Shown in pieces: positions 27,355 through 36,579 of a DNA stretch of 64,000 nucleotides; within the stretch, counting starts at the first letter, position 1; each line of letters starts with the position of its first letter. Below the pieces are notes generated by a model. That model was not told the DNA's origin, ran no database searches, and saw only the letters and a list, made by a program, of their open reading frames with translations. Origin of the DNA: Patescibacteria group bacterium (GTDB lineage Bacteria > Patescibacteriota > Patescibacteriia > JBAZBY01); the NCBI GenBank assembly GCA_041671225.1, contig JBAZBY010000001.1:109963-173962 (forward strand), in the 5' to 3' direction. The translations under genes were made by a program, and so were the position numbers.

Positions 27355-28760
27355 CCGACACTCCCTTCCATCTCTAACTCAATAAGTCTATTCAATTCAA
27401 TGGCATATTCAAATGGCAATTCCTTCACGATCGGCCTGATGAAGCCATTCACGATCATCGCCTTCGCTTCTTCTTCAGTAAAACCGCGACTCATAAGAAA
27501 AAAAAGTTGCTCCGCGCCAATCCTACTCACCGATGCCTCATGTTCGATAGTGACATCATTCTGGTGAATCTTCATCTTCGGATATGTATCTGAACGCGCC
27601 TCAGGGCCAAGGAGAATAGCGTCACAGCGTACGTGTGAGCGCGAACCTGGCGCGCGTGGAGTGACACGCAACGTGCCGCGATAACTTGAGCGGCCGGTTC
27701 CCTTGCTGATGGATTTTGATGTGATAGTCGACGTCGTCTCTGGCGCCAAATGAATAGCGCGTCCGCCCGCGTCCTGATGTTGGCCATCTCCCGCAAACGC
27801 AATGGAAAGCACCTCGCCATGCGCTTTGCGTCCCGCAAGAATGACTGCCGGATACTTCATCGTGACCTTGCTGCCAAGGTTCCCGTCCACCCAGCTCATG
27901 CGTGCTTCTTCTGCAACCGTTGCGCGCTTTGTCACAAGATTATAGACATCCTTTGACCAGTTCTGAATCGTCGTGTATCGCACATTGGATCGCGGCTTAC
28001 AAAAGATCTCTACGACCGCTGCATGAAGCGACGATGCGCTATACACTGGCGCCGTGCACCCTTCGACATAATGCACTTCTGCATCTTCATCAACAACGAT
28101 CAGTGTACGTTCAAACTGCCCCATGTTGCGGGCATTGATGCGAAAGTATGCCTGCAATGGCATGGTCACCTTCACACCCTTCGGGACATACACAAACGAT
28201 CCCCCGCTCCACACTGCGGAATTCAGCGCGGCGAATTTATTATCTGTCGGCGGGATGAGTGTGCCAATATACTCCTGCACCATCTCTGGATGTTCACGCA
28301 AGCCGCCATCCATATCCAAGAACTCCACGCCCTGCTTGGAGAGTGCTTCCTTGATATTATGATAGATCACTTCAGAGTCAAACTGCGCGCCCACGCCAGC
28401 GAGCCATGCTTTCTCTGCCTGGGGTACGCCAAGCCTGTCAAAGGTCTTCTTCATCTCCTCTGGAACATCTGCCCAGCTGCGACCTTGCTTGTCTGTTGGA
28501 CGGACGTAATAATGCATGTCCTGAAAATCAAGTTCCGAAAGGTCTGCACCAAAATCCGGCATGGGAAGATCCAAAAAGATACGATAGGCCTTAAGACGGA
28601 ATTCCAGCATCCATGCCGGTTCTTTTTTCTTTGCAGAGATTGCACGGATGGTTTCTTCTCCAAGTCCCTTATTGAACTTCTCAACATACGCATCCGGTGA
28701 TGAAAAACCGTACTGGTACTCATCAAGTGTCTGCGTTGCCTTGCGCGCCTTCTGTGTCAT
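27351..28760 (-). CDS. sufB: Fe-S assembly protein SufB
   Basis: 469 aa; conserved SufB blocks (FFLMSRGFTEEEAKAMIVNGF, HxEGC region). Confidence 0.9.
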   Translation of the reverse strand: MTQKARKATQTLDEYQYGFSSPDAYVEKFNKGLGEETIRAISAKKKEPAWMLEFRLKAYRIFLDLPMPDFGADLSELDFQDMHYYVRPTDKQGRSWADVPEEMKKTFDRLGVPQAEKAWLAGVGAQFDSEVIYHNIKEALSKQGVEFLDMDGGLREHPEMVQEYIGTLIPPTDNKFAALNSAVWSGGSFVYVPKGVKVTMPLQAYFRINARNMGQFERTLIVVDEDAEVHYVEGCTAPVYSASSLHAAVVEIFCKPRSNVRYTTIQNWSKDVYNLVTKRATVAEEARMSWVDGNLGSKVTMKYPAVILAGRKAHGEVLSIAFAGDGQHQDAGGRAIHLAPETTSTITSKSISKGTGRSSYRGTLRVTPRAPGSRSHVRCDAILLGPEARSDTYPKMKIHQNDVTIEHEASVSRIGAEQLFFLMSRGFTEEEAKAMIVNGFIRPIVKELPFEYAIELNRLIELEMEGSVG

Positions 28761-29509
28761 GAATGCTTTTCAAGAATGGGAGCATACCCGCGCGCTTCCA
28801 GTTCTTGTGCCAACTCAGGACCACCTTCATGGATCATGCGGCCATTGGAAAGAACATGAATGCGGTCAGGCTTCACATAATCCAAAATACGCTGGTAATG
28901 TGTGATAAGTAAGACGGCAGTTCCTTGCGTATGCGCCACATTCACATTCTCTGCGACAACGCGCAGCGCATCAATATCCAAACCAGAATCGGTTTCATCA
29001 AGCACAGCGAGCTTTGGTTTGAGCAAACGCATGGCAAGCATCTCTGTACGCTTCTTTTCACCGCCGGAGAATCCCTCATTCAGACCACGCTCCACAAAAT
29101 CTTCACCGAGCTTTAATTCGTGCAAGACATCAAGTAAGTCATCATGAAAATCCTGAGCGGAATATGCAGGGTTATTGGTGATTATTTTCTTCGCCTGAAA
29201 GAGATATTGATCAATGCGCACACCGGGGATCTCTGATGGATACTGAAACGACAGAAAGAGTCCTTTGCGCGCGCGCTTGTCAGCAGAAAGTCCGGTGATG
29301 TCTTCATTATTAAAAAGTATCGTTCCTTTGGTAATGGTATACGAAGGATGCCCCATCAGCGCATTTGCAAAGGTCGATTTCCCAGAACCATTTGGACCCA
29401 TGATGGCATGAATGGCGCCCTGCGGTAATGCCAAATTCACACCACGAAGGATGCTTTTCTCATTTGCGGAAACATGAAGACCCTGCACGTCAAGTATGAG
29501 CTTGCTCAT
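28757..29509 (-). CDS. sufC: Fe-S assembly ATPase SufC
   Basis: Walker A GPNGSGKST, ABC signature LSGGEKKR and 250 aa length. Confidence 0.9.
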   Translation of the reverse strand: MSKLILDVQGLHVSANEKSILRGVNLALPQGAIHAIMGPNGSGKSTFANALMGHPSYTITKGTILFNNEDITGLSADKRARKGLFLSFQYPSEIPGVRIDQYLFQAKKIITNNPAYSAQDFHDDLLDVLHELKLGEDFVERGLNEGFSGGEKKRTEMLAMRLLKPKLAVLDETDSGLDIDALRVVAENVNVAHTQGTAVLLITHYQRILDYVKPDRIHVLSNGRMIHEGGPELAQELEARGYAPILEKHS

Positions 29510-29559
29510 GGAAAAAGAGTAATGAAATCCTGTTCAGTATGCCGGAGAAAGGCGTCTGC

Positions 29560-29597
29560 GTCAATAAAAAAAACCGGGGCGGATCAGAGATCCGCCC
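29560..29597 (-). terminator. Rho-independent terminator (minus orientation) downstream of the small gene 29622-29891
   Basis: Hairpin GGGGCGGATC-TCT-GATCCGCCCC followed on the minus strand by an 8-T run. Confidence 0.6.
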
Positions 29598-29621
29598 CAC
29601 GTGCTCGTTGACGTACGTCAA

Positions 29622-29891
29622 CTAGCGAAGGTTCGGGTTGGGTTCGCGCCGGCTGAAACCTGGCGAGGCGATGACGATCTTGCGAAGCTCTCCATCCACG
29701 CCCTGGAGACCAAGGCGGGCAACCTCCCGCTGCGTCACCGGAATGACGTGCAGAATCGTGCCAACCTTGGGCAACGTGTCGCCCGACATAGGCTCAAGCG
29801 GCCCAAAGTCATGGATGCCGAACTGGCGCAGTAGTGACGCACCCGCTCGGCAGAAAGGAATTCCGATATACGAACGCGCTTCCCGTAGCAA
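29622..29891 (-). CDS. Hypothetical small protein (89 aa), possible PRC-barrel-like fold
   Basis: TTG start with a strong SD (AAGGAGGG) 6 nt upstream. Protein MLREARSYIGIPF...GDTLPKVGTILHVIPVTQREVARLGLQGVDGELRKIVIAS has its own terminator; the fold guess is weak. Confidence 0.45.
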   Translation of the reverse strand: MLREARSYIGIPFCRAGASLLRQFGIHDFGPLEPMSGDTLPKVGTILHVIPVTQREVARLGLQGVDGELRKIVIASPGFSRREPNPNLR

Positions 29892-30065
29892 AGAACAGCC
29901 CTCCTTGTATCACCGTTTCCATACGCTCATAGCAAAAGCACCGGTGCATATGAGTGCAGAGACTATCAGGGTTTCACGGTCATGTCAATACCGTACGCAA
30001 GGCGCAATGATGCTTGTTGCGTATCATGAAAAGACATACAATAAAAACATAATACACGATCATAT

Positions 30066-30875
30066 ATGAAATCACTTCCTTTCTCATCATTACTTGATCT
30101 CTCGGGGAAAACCGCACTTATAACGGGCGGCGCGCGCGGAATCGGACTCGGCATCGCAAAGCGCCTCGCAGAAGCAGGCGCGCAGGTTGCCGTGGCTGAT
30201 GTGCGAGAAAGCGAAGCGCAAAATGCCGCAAAAGAAATAGAACAAGCCGGCGGCAAAGCGCTTGCTATTGCTGGTGATGTTTCGAAGGAAGCAGACGTTA
30301 AGGCCTTGCTCGACGCAACGGTCAATGCCTTCGGCGGCATCGATATCCTGGTGAACAACGCGGGTATTTACCCCAACATCCTCGTCATGAAGATGACGCA
30401 GGAGGATTTTGACAAGGTGATTGCCGTGAATCTTCGCGGTGTTTTTCTTTGTACAAAATATGCAGCAGAACAAATGATCGCCCAAGGAAGGGGCGGCAAA
30501 ATCATCAATGTCACCTCCATTGATGCGCTCCATCCTTCTACTGCCGGACTCGCGCACTATGACGCATCCAAGCACGGCGCGTGGGGATTCACAAAAAACG
30601 TCGCGTTGGAACTCGCACCGCACAATATTTGGGTGAACGCAATCGCACCCGGGGGCATTACAACGCCCGGGGTCACAGAAACGCAATCGCAAGTCAAACT
30701 CCCCAAGGGCGTTGATATGGATCAGATGCTGAAGGGCTTCATGGCAAAAATCCCCATGGGTCGCATGGGTGAACCGGATGATATCGGCAAGGTTGCGCTC
30801 TTTCTCGCGTCCGACATGTCTTCCTATATGACCGGAGAACAAATCGTCGTCGACGGCGGGTACCTACTGAGCTAG
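30066..30875 (+). CDS. Short-chain dehydrogenase/reductase (FabG-like 3-oxoacyl-ACP reductase family)
   Basis: Cofactor motif TGGARGIGLGIA, NNAG, and catalytic YxxxK (YDASKHG). Confidence 0.8.
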   Translation: MKSLPFSSLLDLSGKTALITGGARGIGLGIAKRLAEAGAQVAVADVRESEAQNAAKEIEQAGGKALAIAGDVSKEADVKALLDATVNAFGGIDILVNNAGIYPNILVMKMTQEDFDKVIAVNLRGVFLCTKYAAEQMIAQGRGGKIINVTSIDALHPSTAGLAHYDASKHGAWGFTKNVALELAPHNIWVNAIAPGGITTPGVTETQSQVKLPKGVDMDQMLKGFMAKIPMGRMGEPDDIGKVALFLASDMSSYMTGEQIVVDGGYLLS

Positions 30876-31603
30876 GTTGAGAGAGGCATCCCCATAAGCG
30901 CCATCTGCGTCTGAAGCGGCGCAGGGCGATCGCGACGTGAAGAAAAATACATATCACGCGCACAGGCCGTGCAGGTTGAGTCGATGCGTATATGCTCCCC
31001 ACGAACGCCAACGCGTTCGGCTTGTTGGTGTGCAACGTGACTCAGGTTAAGATACTGCTTTGCATTGCGCTTCTCCACCGCACCGCGATAGTGTTGAAAT
31101 ACTTTTGCCCGTTCATCTTCAACGTCATAGTGATCCACGCCAATACCAGGCCCCACAACCATGCGAATATCCTGCGGCTTGGTGCCAAAAGCGCGCTGCA
31201 TCAGCACAACTCCCGTTGTCACAATGTCCGCATCAAGTCCGCGCCATCCCGCATGAATCAACCCGCATGCGTGCTGCTCAGGGTCATAGAGAAAAACCGG
31301 CAAACAATCTGCCATGGTGACCATGAGAAATACTCCTTGCTCATTGGTAAGCAGACCATCAGTATTGGAAATCCTCTCTCCACTGTGTTGTGCGCCCACA
31401 ACGGCAACATTGCCCGTATGTCGCATTTCAGGACGCACGAGTTGCGTGCGCGCGATCCCATGACGCTTCAAAAATACTTCTCGATTTTTCCACACTGCCG
31501 TGTCATTTTCCGGCTCGTCGAGAAGACGCATGTTGCCGTCTGCCTTTGTCGAGACATCAACAATAATTGCATACTGCCGCAATGATGAAAAAATGTCAGG
31601 CAT
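30872..31603 (-). CDS. pgeF: Peptidoglycan editing factor PgeF/YfiH (laccase-domain, DUF152)
   Basis: 243 aa with a conserved His/Cys pattern (CGLIHAGWRGL, H...C...H). Confidence 0.75.
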   Translation of the reverse strand: MPDIFSSLRQYAIIVDVSTKADGNMRLLDEPENDTAVWKNREVFLKRHGIARTQLVRPEMRHTGNVAVVGAQHSGERISNTDGLLTNEQGVFLMVTMADCLPVFLYDPEQHACGLIHAGWRGLDADIVTTGVVLMQRAFGTKPQDIRMVVGPGIGVDHYDVEDERAKVFQHYRGAVEKRNAKQYLNLSHVAHQQAERVGVRGEHIRIDSTCTACARDMYFSSRRDRPAPLQTQMALMGMPLST

Positions 31604-31606
31604 GTG

Positions 31607-31783
31607 TTATGCGCAGTTGCATGTGACTTCACTTCTCTTGCAAGACATGCATTGTAACTGAAGATACCCCATACCGCAGCGATGCTCCTGCGGCTTCTGT
31701 TCCATACCCTCGCCACACACAGAGCAAATATAACCAGTTACCGGGCCAAGACACTTTGTACATAATTGTTCATGAAGATCCAT
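31607..31783 (-). CDS. Putative 58-aa Cys-rich zinc-ribbon protein (not in ORF track, below 60 aa)
   Basis: Minus-strand ATG at 31781-31783; protein MDLHEQLCTKCLGPVTGYICSVCGEGMEQKPQEHRCGMGYLQLQCMSCKRSEVTCNCA has CxxC...CxxC...CxxC spacing. The stop lies 4 nt before the pgeF start. Confidence 0.35.
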   Translation of the reverse strand: MDLHEQLCTKCLGPVTGYICSVCGEGMEQKPQEHRCGMGYLQLQCMSCKRSEVTCNCA

Positions 31784-31852
31784 AGTGCATTACTATACGC
31801 GCTTAAGAAGATCAGCAACTGCCTCAATGTCTTTTATTGTAACACACCTGAT

Positions 31853-32656
31853 CTACTCCCCATGCACATGCGGGAAAAGTCCGCCAACCCAATACAGCAA
31901 ACCCAAACCAAAAAGAATCAAAGCGATGTGAAGCATGCTGCCAAGAAATTTACGTTCATGTTGGATGGTCGGAAAAAGATCCGCAAGCGCAATATAAATG
32001 AAGTTCCCGGCGGCAAAGCCAAGAAGCGGAAGCTCGATCTCAGAGAATGAATCGTGGGCATAAAAACCAACGATTGCGCCAGCTGTTGCCATGAGCGCTC
32101 CGACCATATTCCAAAAAAGTACGCGCGCGCGCGCCATCCCGGAACTCAATAATATACTAAAGTCACCTACTTCCTGTGGAATCTCATGCGCAAGCACGGC
32201 AAGTGCAGTAACCCACCCAAGGTGAGCATCAATCAGAAAAGCAACCGCAATAATAACACCATCGAGAAAATTATGGAGGCCATCACCAAAAATAATAAGC
32301 GGTCGAAGGGACTTATTGTGTGGAAGGTGAGAGGCGTGTTGTGGATCCTCCGCTTCTTCGTCGTCATGCGGGTGAGAATGATGATGCCAAACAAGCAGCT
32401 TCTCGATAACAAAAAAGACGAGCACGCCGAGTAATGTGTATGAGAGAATATGGGATGTTTCGCCGCCTTCTAATGCCTCTGGGAGCAAATCAAGAAACGC
32501 AGCACCAAGCAATCCGCCGGCAGCAAAGCTCATGAAATAATATGACCATCGTTTAACAAGATGCTGCCGCCAAAAGAGCAACACCCCGCCAACAAGACCA
32601 ATAAGGCCAACGCCCGTGGTAATAAGCAGAATAAAAGGGAGTGATGACGTGTCCAT
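31853..32656 (-). CDS. ZIP-family divalent metal (zinc) transporter, ZupT-like
   Basis: 8 TM helices, the ZIP signature HEIPQEVGDFSILL, and a His-rich loop HHHSHPHDDEEAEDPQHASH. Confidence 0.8.
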   Translation of the reverse strand: MDTSSLPFILLITTGVGLIGLVGGVLLFWRQHLVKRWSYYFMSFAAGGLLGAAFLDLLPEALEGGETSHILSYTLLGVLVFFVIEKLLVWHHHSHPHDDEEAEDPQHASHLPHNKSLRPLIIFGDGLHNFLDGVIIAVAFLIDAHLGWVTALAVLAHEIPQEVGDFSILLSSGMARARVLFWNMVGALMATAGAIVGFYAHDSFSEIELPLLGFAAGNFIYIALADLFPTIQHERKFLGSMLHIALILFGLGLLYWVGGLFPHVHGE

Positions 32657-32658
32657 AA

Positions 32659-32677
32659 GAGTAAAAAAAGTTAAGGT
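32659..32677. promoter_or_regulatory. Candidate Fur/Zur operator: perfect 7-5-7 palindrome AGTTAAG-GTATT-CTTAACT
   Basis: Sits in the 59-bp divergent intergenic region between the ZIP transporter and the Fur-family regulator genes. Confidence 0.5.
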
Positions 32678-32715
32678 ATTCTTAACTATAGACTAACTGC
32701 AAAATATTTGCAATA

Positions 32716-33150
32716 ATGAATACAAACTCCTTGAATATGCCGATGGAAAAAACATTACTTCATGAGAAGGGTTTTCGTGCAACTCCCGCAAAAATAGCTT
32801 TGCTGGATGTATTACAGCGCGCCAAAAAGCCGCTCAGTATCGAAGCTATCCAGGAACTACTCCCTTCCTCCATTAACCAGGCGACGGTCTATCGTACGTT
32901 GCATGATTTTCATGCGCGCGGCATCGTACGGCATGTGGACCTCCATCACGGACATCAGCATTATGAAATTGCCGACGCAAAAGAACACCACCACATCATG
33001 TGCAAAAAATGCGGCAAAGTGAAGGATGTTGCTACCTGCGTCATGCAACAGCTGCAAAAAAACGTGCTGAAACAATCCGGTTTTGCGGAAATTAACGAAC
33101 ACACCATGGAATTCTATGGCGTGTGCGCGGTGTGCGACAAAAAACGCTAA
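32716..33150 (+). CDS. Fur-family transcriptional regulator (likely Zur)
   Basis: 144 aa with a winged helix (ATPAKIALLDVLQRAKKPLSIEAIQ) and metal sites HHGHQHYE, HHHIMCKKCG and CAVCDKK; transcribed divergently from the ZIP transporter. Confidence 0.8.
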   Translation: MNTNSLNMPMEKTLLHEKGFRATPAKIALLDVLQRAKKPLSIEAIQELLPSSINQATVYRTLHDFHARGIVRHVDLHHGHQHYEIADAKEHHHIMCKKCGKVKDVATCVMQQLQKNVLKQSGFAEINEHTMEFYGVCAVCDKKR

Positions 33151-33177
33151 CGCGTGCGACGTGTATCGTCGCAGCTG

Positions 33178-33711
33178 CTATGCAGTATGACTGTTGTGCG
33201 TCTGCCTCGTAAGGTGCAACACAAGATATGCAAGAATGCCTCCCATAAGCGCCGTAATGAGCTGGGGCCAATTCATCATTGCACTGACCTGCATTGCAAC
33301 GGTTTTTTGCATGAGAAGATTGATGACCAGTGAGCTTGTTGCATAGAGAAATGCAAACTTCACGGCACTTGCAACCAGCACGCCTTGCCAATAATGCTTT
33401 TTTTGCATCACGGAAAACGCAAGCACGAGGAGCGTATTCCCAATAATGATGAACGGCACCATCGGCGCGAGCACTGCCGGAAGCGTCCCGACGGTAAGCG
33501 CAATAACGCTTGGAAATAACCCAATGAGCATCGCATTCTGTGTGCCGAGATACGCGACGGCAAGAAACAAAACTGCGTTCACTATCGGTCCGGTAATGAA
33601 CTGCTGGTGTATGAGCATCGGTGCAATGGTTGCGACGGCAAGCAGCCCTGCAAACATCGTCAGTGTGCGAATGCGTTGCTGTTCTGATGGGAGAACGGTC
33701 GTATGTTCCAT
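33178..33711 (-). CDS. Polytopic membrane protein, possible ECF-type S-component-like, co-directional with hydrogenase genes
   Basis: 177 aa with 5-6 TM helices. Its start lies 5 nt after the hydA stop; function unknown. Confidence 0.45.
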   Translation of the reverse strand: MEHTTVLPSEQQRIRTLTMFAGLLAVATIAPMLIHQQFITGPIVNAVLFLAVAYLGTQNAMLIGLFPSVIALTVGTLPAVLAPMVPFIIIGNTLLVLAFSVMQKKHYWQGVLVASAVKFAFLYATSSLVINLLMQKTVAMQVSAMMNWPQLITALMGGILAYLVLHLTRQTHNSHTA

Positions 33712-33715
33712 ATGA

Positions 33716-35437
33716 TTAAAGAATCACTTCTTTCTCTTTTTTACTGTAACTCGTGATAAAAATATTCTTGTGAAGCTGTTTATCCCTCATAAACTTCTCA
33801 TAGAGTTTGGTCACCTGCGGATTCATATGCGCCGTACGGATGTTCTTTGCCGCATCAATGTCATAGAGTGCAGCGGCGCGCTTCTTTCGTATCTCTTCGC
33901 TCGTGGGCACAGGCTGTCCGCCGCCGCCAATGCATCCGCCAGGGCATGACATCACCTCAAGATAATCGTACGCATGCGGATCTTTCTCAAGCTCGCCAAG
34001 AACAGCAATGGCATTCTTGATGCCATTGACCACGGCAACATTCAGTTTCTTCTTTCCCACGGTCACGGTTGCTTTTTTCACGCCATCGAACCCGCGCACA
34101 GCAGTGAGATCAAGTGAGCCTAAGTCTTTCCCCATCAACGAATGGTACGCCGTTCGTAATGCCGATTCCATGACGCCGCCGGACGCACCATAAATCACTC
34201 CTGCGCCGCTCGGTACGCCAAATGGCGTATCCGCAGGTTGTGGAATGACCTTTGCCAAATCAATATTCTTCTTTCGCAAAAGATGCGCCAGCTCACGGGT
34301 CGTGAAGACATAATCGATCGGTTTGACGCCGTCATTCGAAAGCTCCGGACGCGTGATCTCATATTTCTTTGAAACGCAGGGCATGATGGAGACCACCACG
34401 ATATCCTCCGGTTTGATATTATTGCGCTCAGCCCAGAATGTCTTGATGATCTTCCCAAGAATGATCTGCGGTGAACGGACCGTGGTGAGGTGCGGAATGA
34501 GATCCGGACGATAAAATTCAACGTACTTCACCCACGCCGGACAGCATGACGTGAACATCGGCAAATCCTCATTCTTCTTTATGCGATCGATAAGTTCTTC
34601 TGCCTCTGCAAGCGTTGTAAAATCCGCACCAACACTCACATCAAATACCTTATCAGCGCCAAGCGCTTTGATGGCGCCGACGAGCTTCTCCGTCACCACG
34701 GATCCATGCGGGAGATCAAACTCCTCACCGATACTTGAGCGGATGGAGGGTGCGAACTGAAACACCACCACCTTCTTTTTATCCCTTAAAGGCCTTTCGA
34801 TCTCATTGAATTCTCCAACTCCCTCAAGCGCGCCCACGGGGCAATGAACAATGCACTGCCCGCAATAAATACAATCTTTCTTCGGATCCTTGCTCGGCAC
34901 GACCTGATAAAACGTATCTTTTTCTTCCAGTTCCAAAAATCCTATCCCCTGTTCCTGACAAACTTCAACGCAGTTACGGCAATCAATACACTTCGTGCCA
35001 TCAAAAAGCACCGATGGGCCAAACTGATGGATAGGTTGATTGATCTTGCGATCTTCAAAACGCGCAACAGGCACTTCCATTTTGCGCGCGAGTGAAAGCA
35101 GAGGGCAGCTCGGCTGAACAATGCAGTCCTTGCAATTCTTACTGTGTTGCGAATACAGAAGCTCCAAATTGATCTTCCGCGCACGGAGTACCTTGGGTGA
35201 TGCAGTGAGAATCGCTTTCCCTTCACGGACCGGGCTCGAGCACGCGGGGATGAGTCCCGGAATCCCCTCAACCTCCACAACACACATGCGACAGCTCGCT
35301 TTTACTTTCAAATCCGGATGATAGCAGAGGACTGGAATTTCAATATCATTCTCCCGCGCGACCTCAAGAATCGTCTGACCTTCCTTCGCGGTCACCGGTT
35401 TGCCGTCTATGGTTGTTGTAATGGTTTTCTCCGTCAT
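33716..35437 (-). CDS. hydA: [FeFe]-hydrogenase catalytic subunit HydA (N-terminal 2Fe-2S and 4Fe-4S ferredoxin domains plus H-cluster domain)
   Basis: H-cluster motifs TSCCPAW, MPCVSKKYE and EVMSCPGGCIGGGGQP, with N-terminal Cys clusters (CRMCVVEV, CKDCIVQPSC, CIDCRNCVEVC, CIYCGQCIVHCP). Confidence 0.9.
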   Translation of the reverse strand: MTEKTITTTIDGKPVTAKEGQTILEVARENDIEIPVLCYHPDLKVKASCRMCVVEVEGIPGLIPACSSPVREGKAILTASPKVLRARKINLELLYSQHSKNCKDCIVQPSCPLLSLARKMEVPVARFEDRKINQPIHQFGPSVLFDGTKCIDCRNCVEVCQEQGIGFLELEEKDTFYQVVPSKDPKKDCIYCGQCIVHCPVGALEGVGEFNEIERPLRDKKKVVVFQFAPSIRSSIGEEFDLPHGSVVTEKLVGAIKALGADKVFDVSVGADFTTLAEAEELIDRIKKNEDLPMFTSCCPAWVKYVEFYRPDLIPHLTTVRSPQIILGKIIKTFWAERNNIKPEDIVVVSIMPCVSKKYEITRPELSNDGVKPIDYVFTTRELAHLLRKKNIDLAKVIPQPADTPFGVPSGAGVIYGASGGVMESALRTAYHSLMGKDLGSLDLTAVRGFDGVKKATVTVGKKKLNVAVVNGIKNAIAVLGELEKDPHAYDYLEVMSCPGGCIGGGGQPVPTSEEIRKKRAAALYDIDAAKNIRTAHMNPQVTKLYEKFMRDKQLHKNIFITSYSKKEKEVIL

Positions 35438-36414
35438 ACTTTCACTTTTTCAAGTAAACTCCGGAACGGCAAGGGAATCCCCTGACCGAGCCCGCAAAAA
35501 CTCGCATTTTCCATGGCGAAGAACAAATCATCTGCCGTCTTCATGTCAAAGGCATTCTTGTCGAGCATTTCTTTGAGTCGAAAAACACCTTCGCGGCACG
35601 GGACGCATTTGTCGCAATTTGCCTGCAGGTAAAAATCCACCCATTGCTTCATGAGTGTCGTCGGGGATATTTCATTTTTATCATAGACAAGAATCGCGCC
35701 GCCGCCGGGAACCGGGCGATCCAGTTCTGTGGGGAGGAGAATCTCGCCGCTCGCGCCGCCGCCAGCCTGCACAAAATGGGAAGGTGGGAGTTGTGCGTCC
35801 ATATTCTTCGTCTGCCGCAAGACTTGCGCGATGGTCAAATACTCCGGCAATTCAAACACGCCGGGATTCGGGATAAACCCGCTCACGGAGTACCAACGCG
35901 TTCGGTGGTATTCTCCGCGCGCGATCTTTGCCACGTCATAAAATGTCTCAACATTATTGATGAGCGTCGGGAACCCCCAGATGCCCGCCTGCGCTGGATA
36001 CGGCGGGCGATGCCGCGGTGACGGAAACTTGTTCTCGATCACCTCACAGAGCACGGTTTCTTCTCCGCCTAAATACTTACCGCGCTTGCGCCACAACGTG
36101 ATGGGTTTCTTGCCGATAAGTTTTTCCAGCTTTTCATGAAAACGATCGAAATAATCATGATTCAAATACAAAAACGCTTCGCTGTTTTCAAATGTCTGGA
36201 GGGCAATAATAATGCCTTCTATAACAATGTCCGGATGATGCTCCAAAAGATAACCATCCTTCATCACGCCCGGCTCGCCTTCAGCGCCATTGCAGACGAT
36301 ATATTTTTTTTCTGACTGAATTGCCTTAATGAGCGCCCATTTCTTTGCTGTGGGAAATGATGCTCCGCCCCTGCCGGTCAATTTTGCTTCTTCGAGTTTT
36401 TGTATGATGTCCAC
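35434..36414 (-). CDS. NuoF-like flavoprotein (NADH-binding, FMN, 4Fe-4S) subunit of hydrogenase, short form
   Basis: GRGGASFPTAKKW and CNGAEGEPG motifs, and a C-terminal CDKCVPCREG cluster. It overlaps hydA by 4 nt and is 326 aa long. Confidence 0.75.
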   Translation of the reverse strand: MDIIQKLEEAKLTGRGGASFPTAKKWALIKAIQSEKKYIVCNGAEGEPGVMKDGYLLEHHPDIVIEGIIIALQTFENSEAFLYLNHDYFDRFHEKLEKLIGKKPITLWRKRGKYLGGEETVLCEVIENKFPSPRHRPPYPAQAGIWGFPTLINNVETFYDVAKIARGEYHRTRWYSVSGFIPNPGVFELPEYLTIAQVLRQTKNMDAQLPPSHFVQAGGGASGEILLPTELDRPVPGGGAILVYDKNEISPTTLMKQWVDFYLQANCDKCVPCREGVFRLKEMLDKNAFDMKTADDLFFAMENASFCGLGQGIPLPFRSLLEKVKV

Positions 36415-36579
36415 GCAGTATTTTTGTAACTCTTTTCTCCTTTTAGGATATGCTTTACAACGACAATGTCAACGCTTTCATAAAACCCTTCCCTCTTGAA
36501 CTATCGGGGTGGTATGTTATTCTGTGCAAGCTGAAATAACCCTGTTCCGGGGTAGCTCAGTGGTAGAGCGGTCGGCTGT

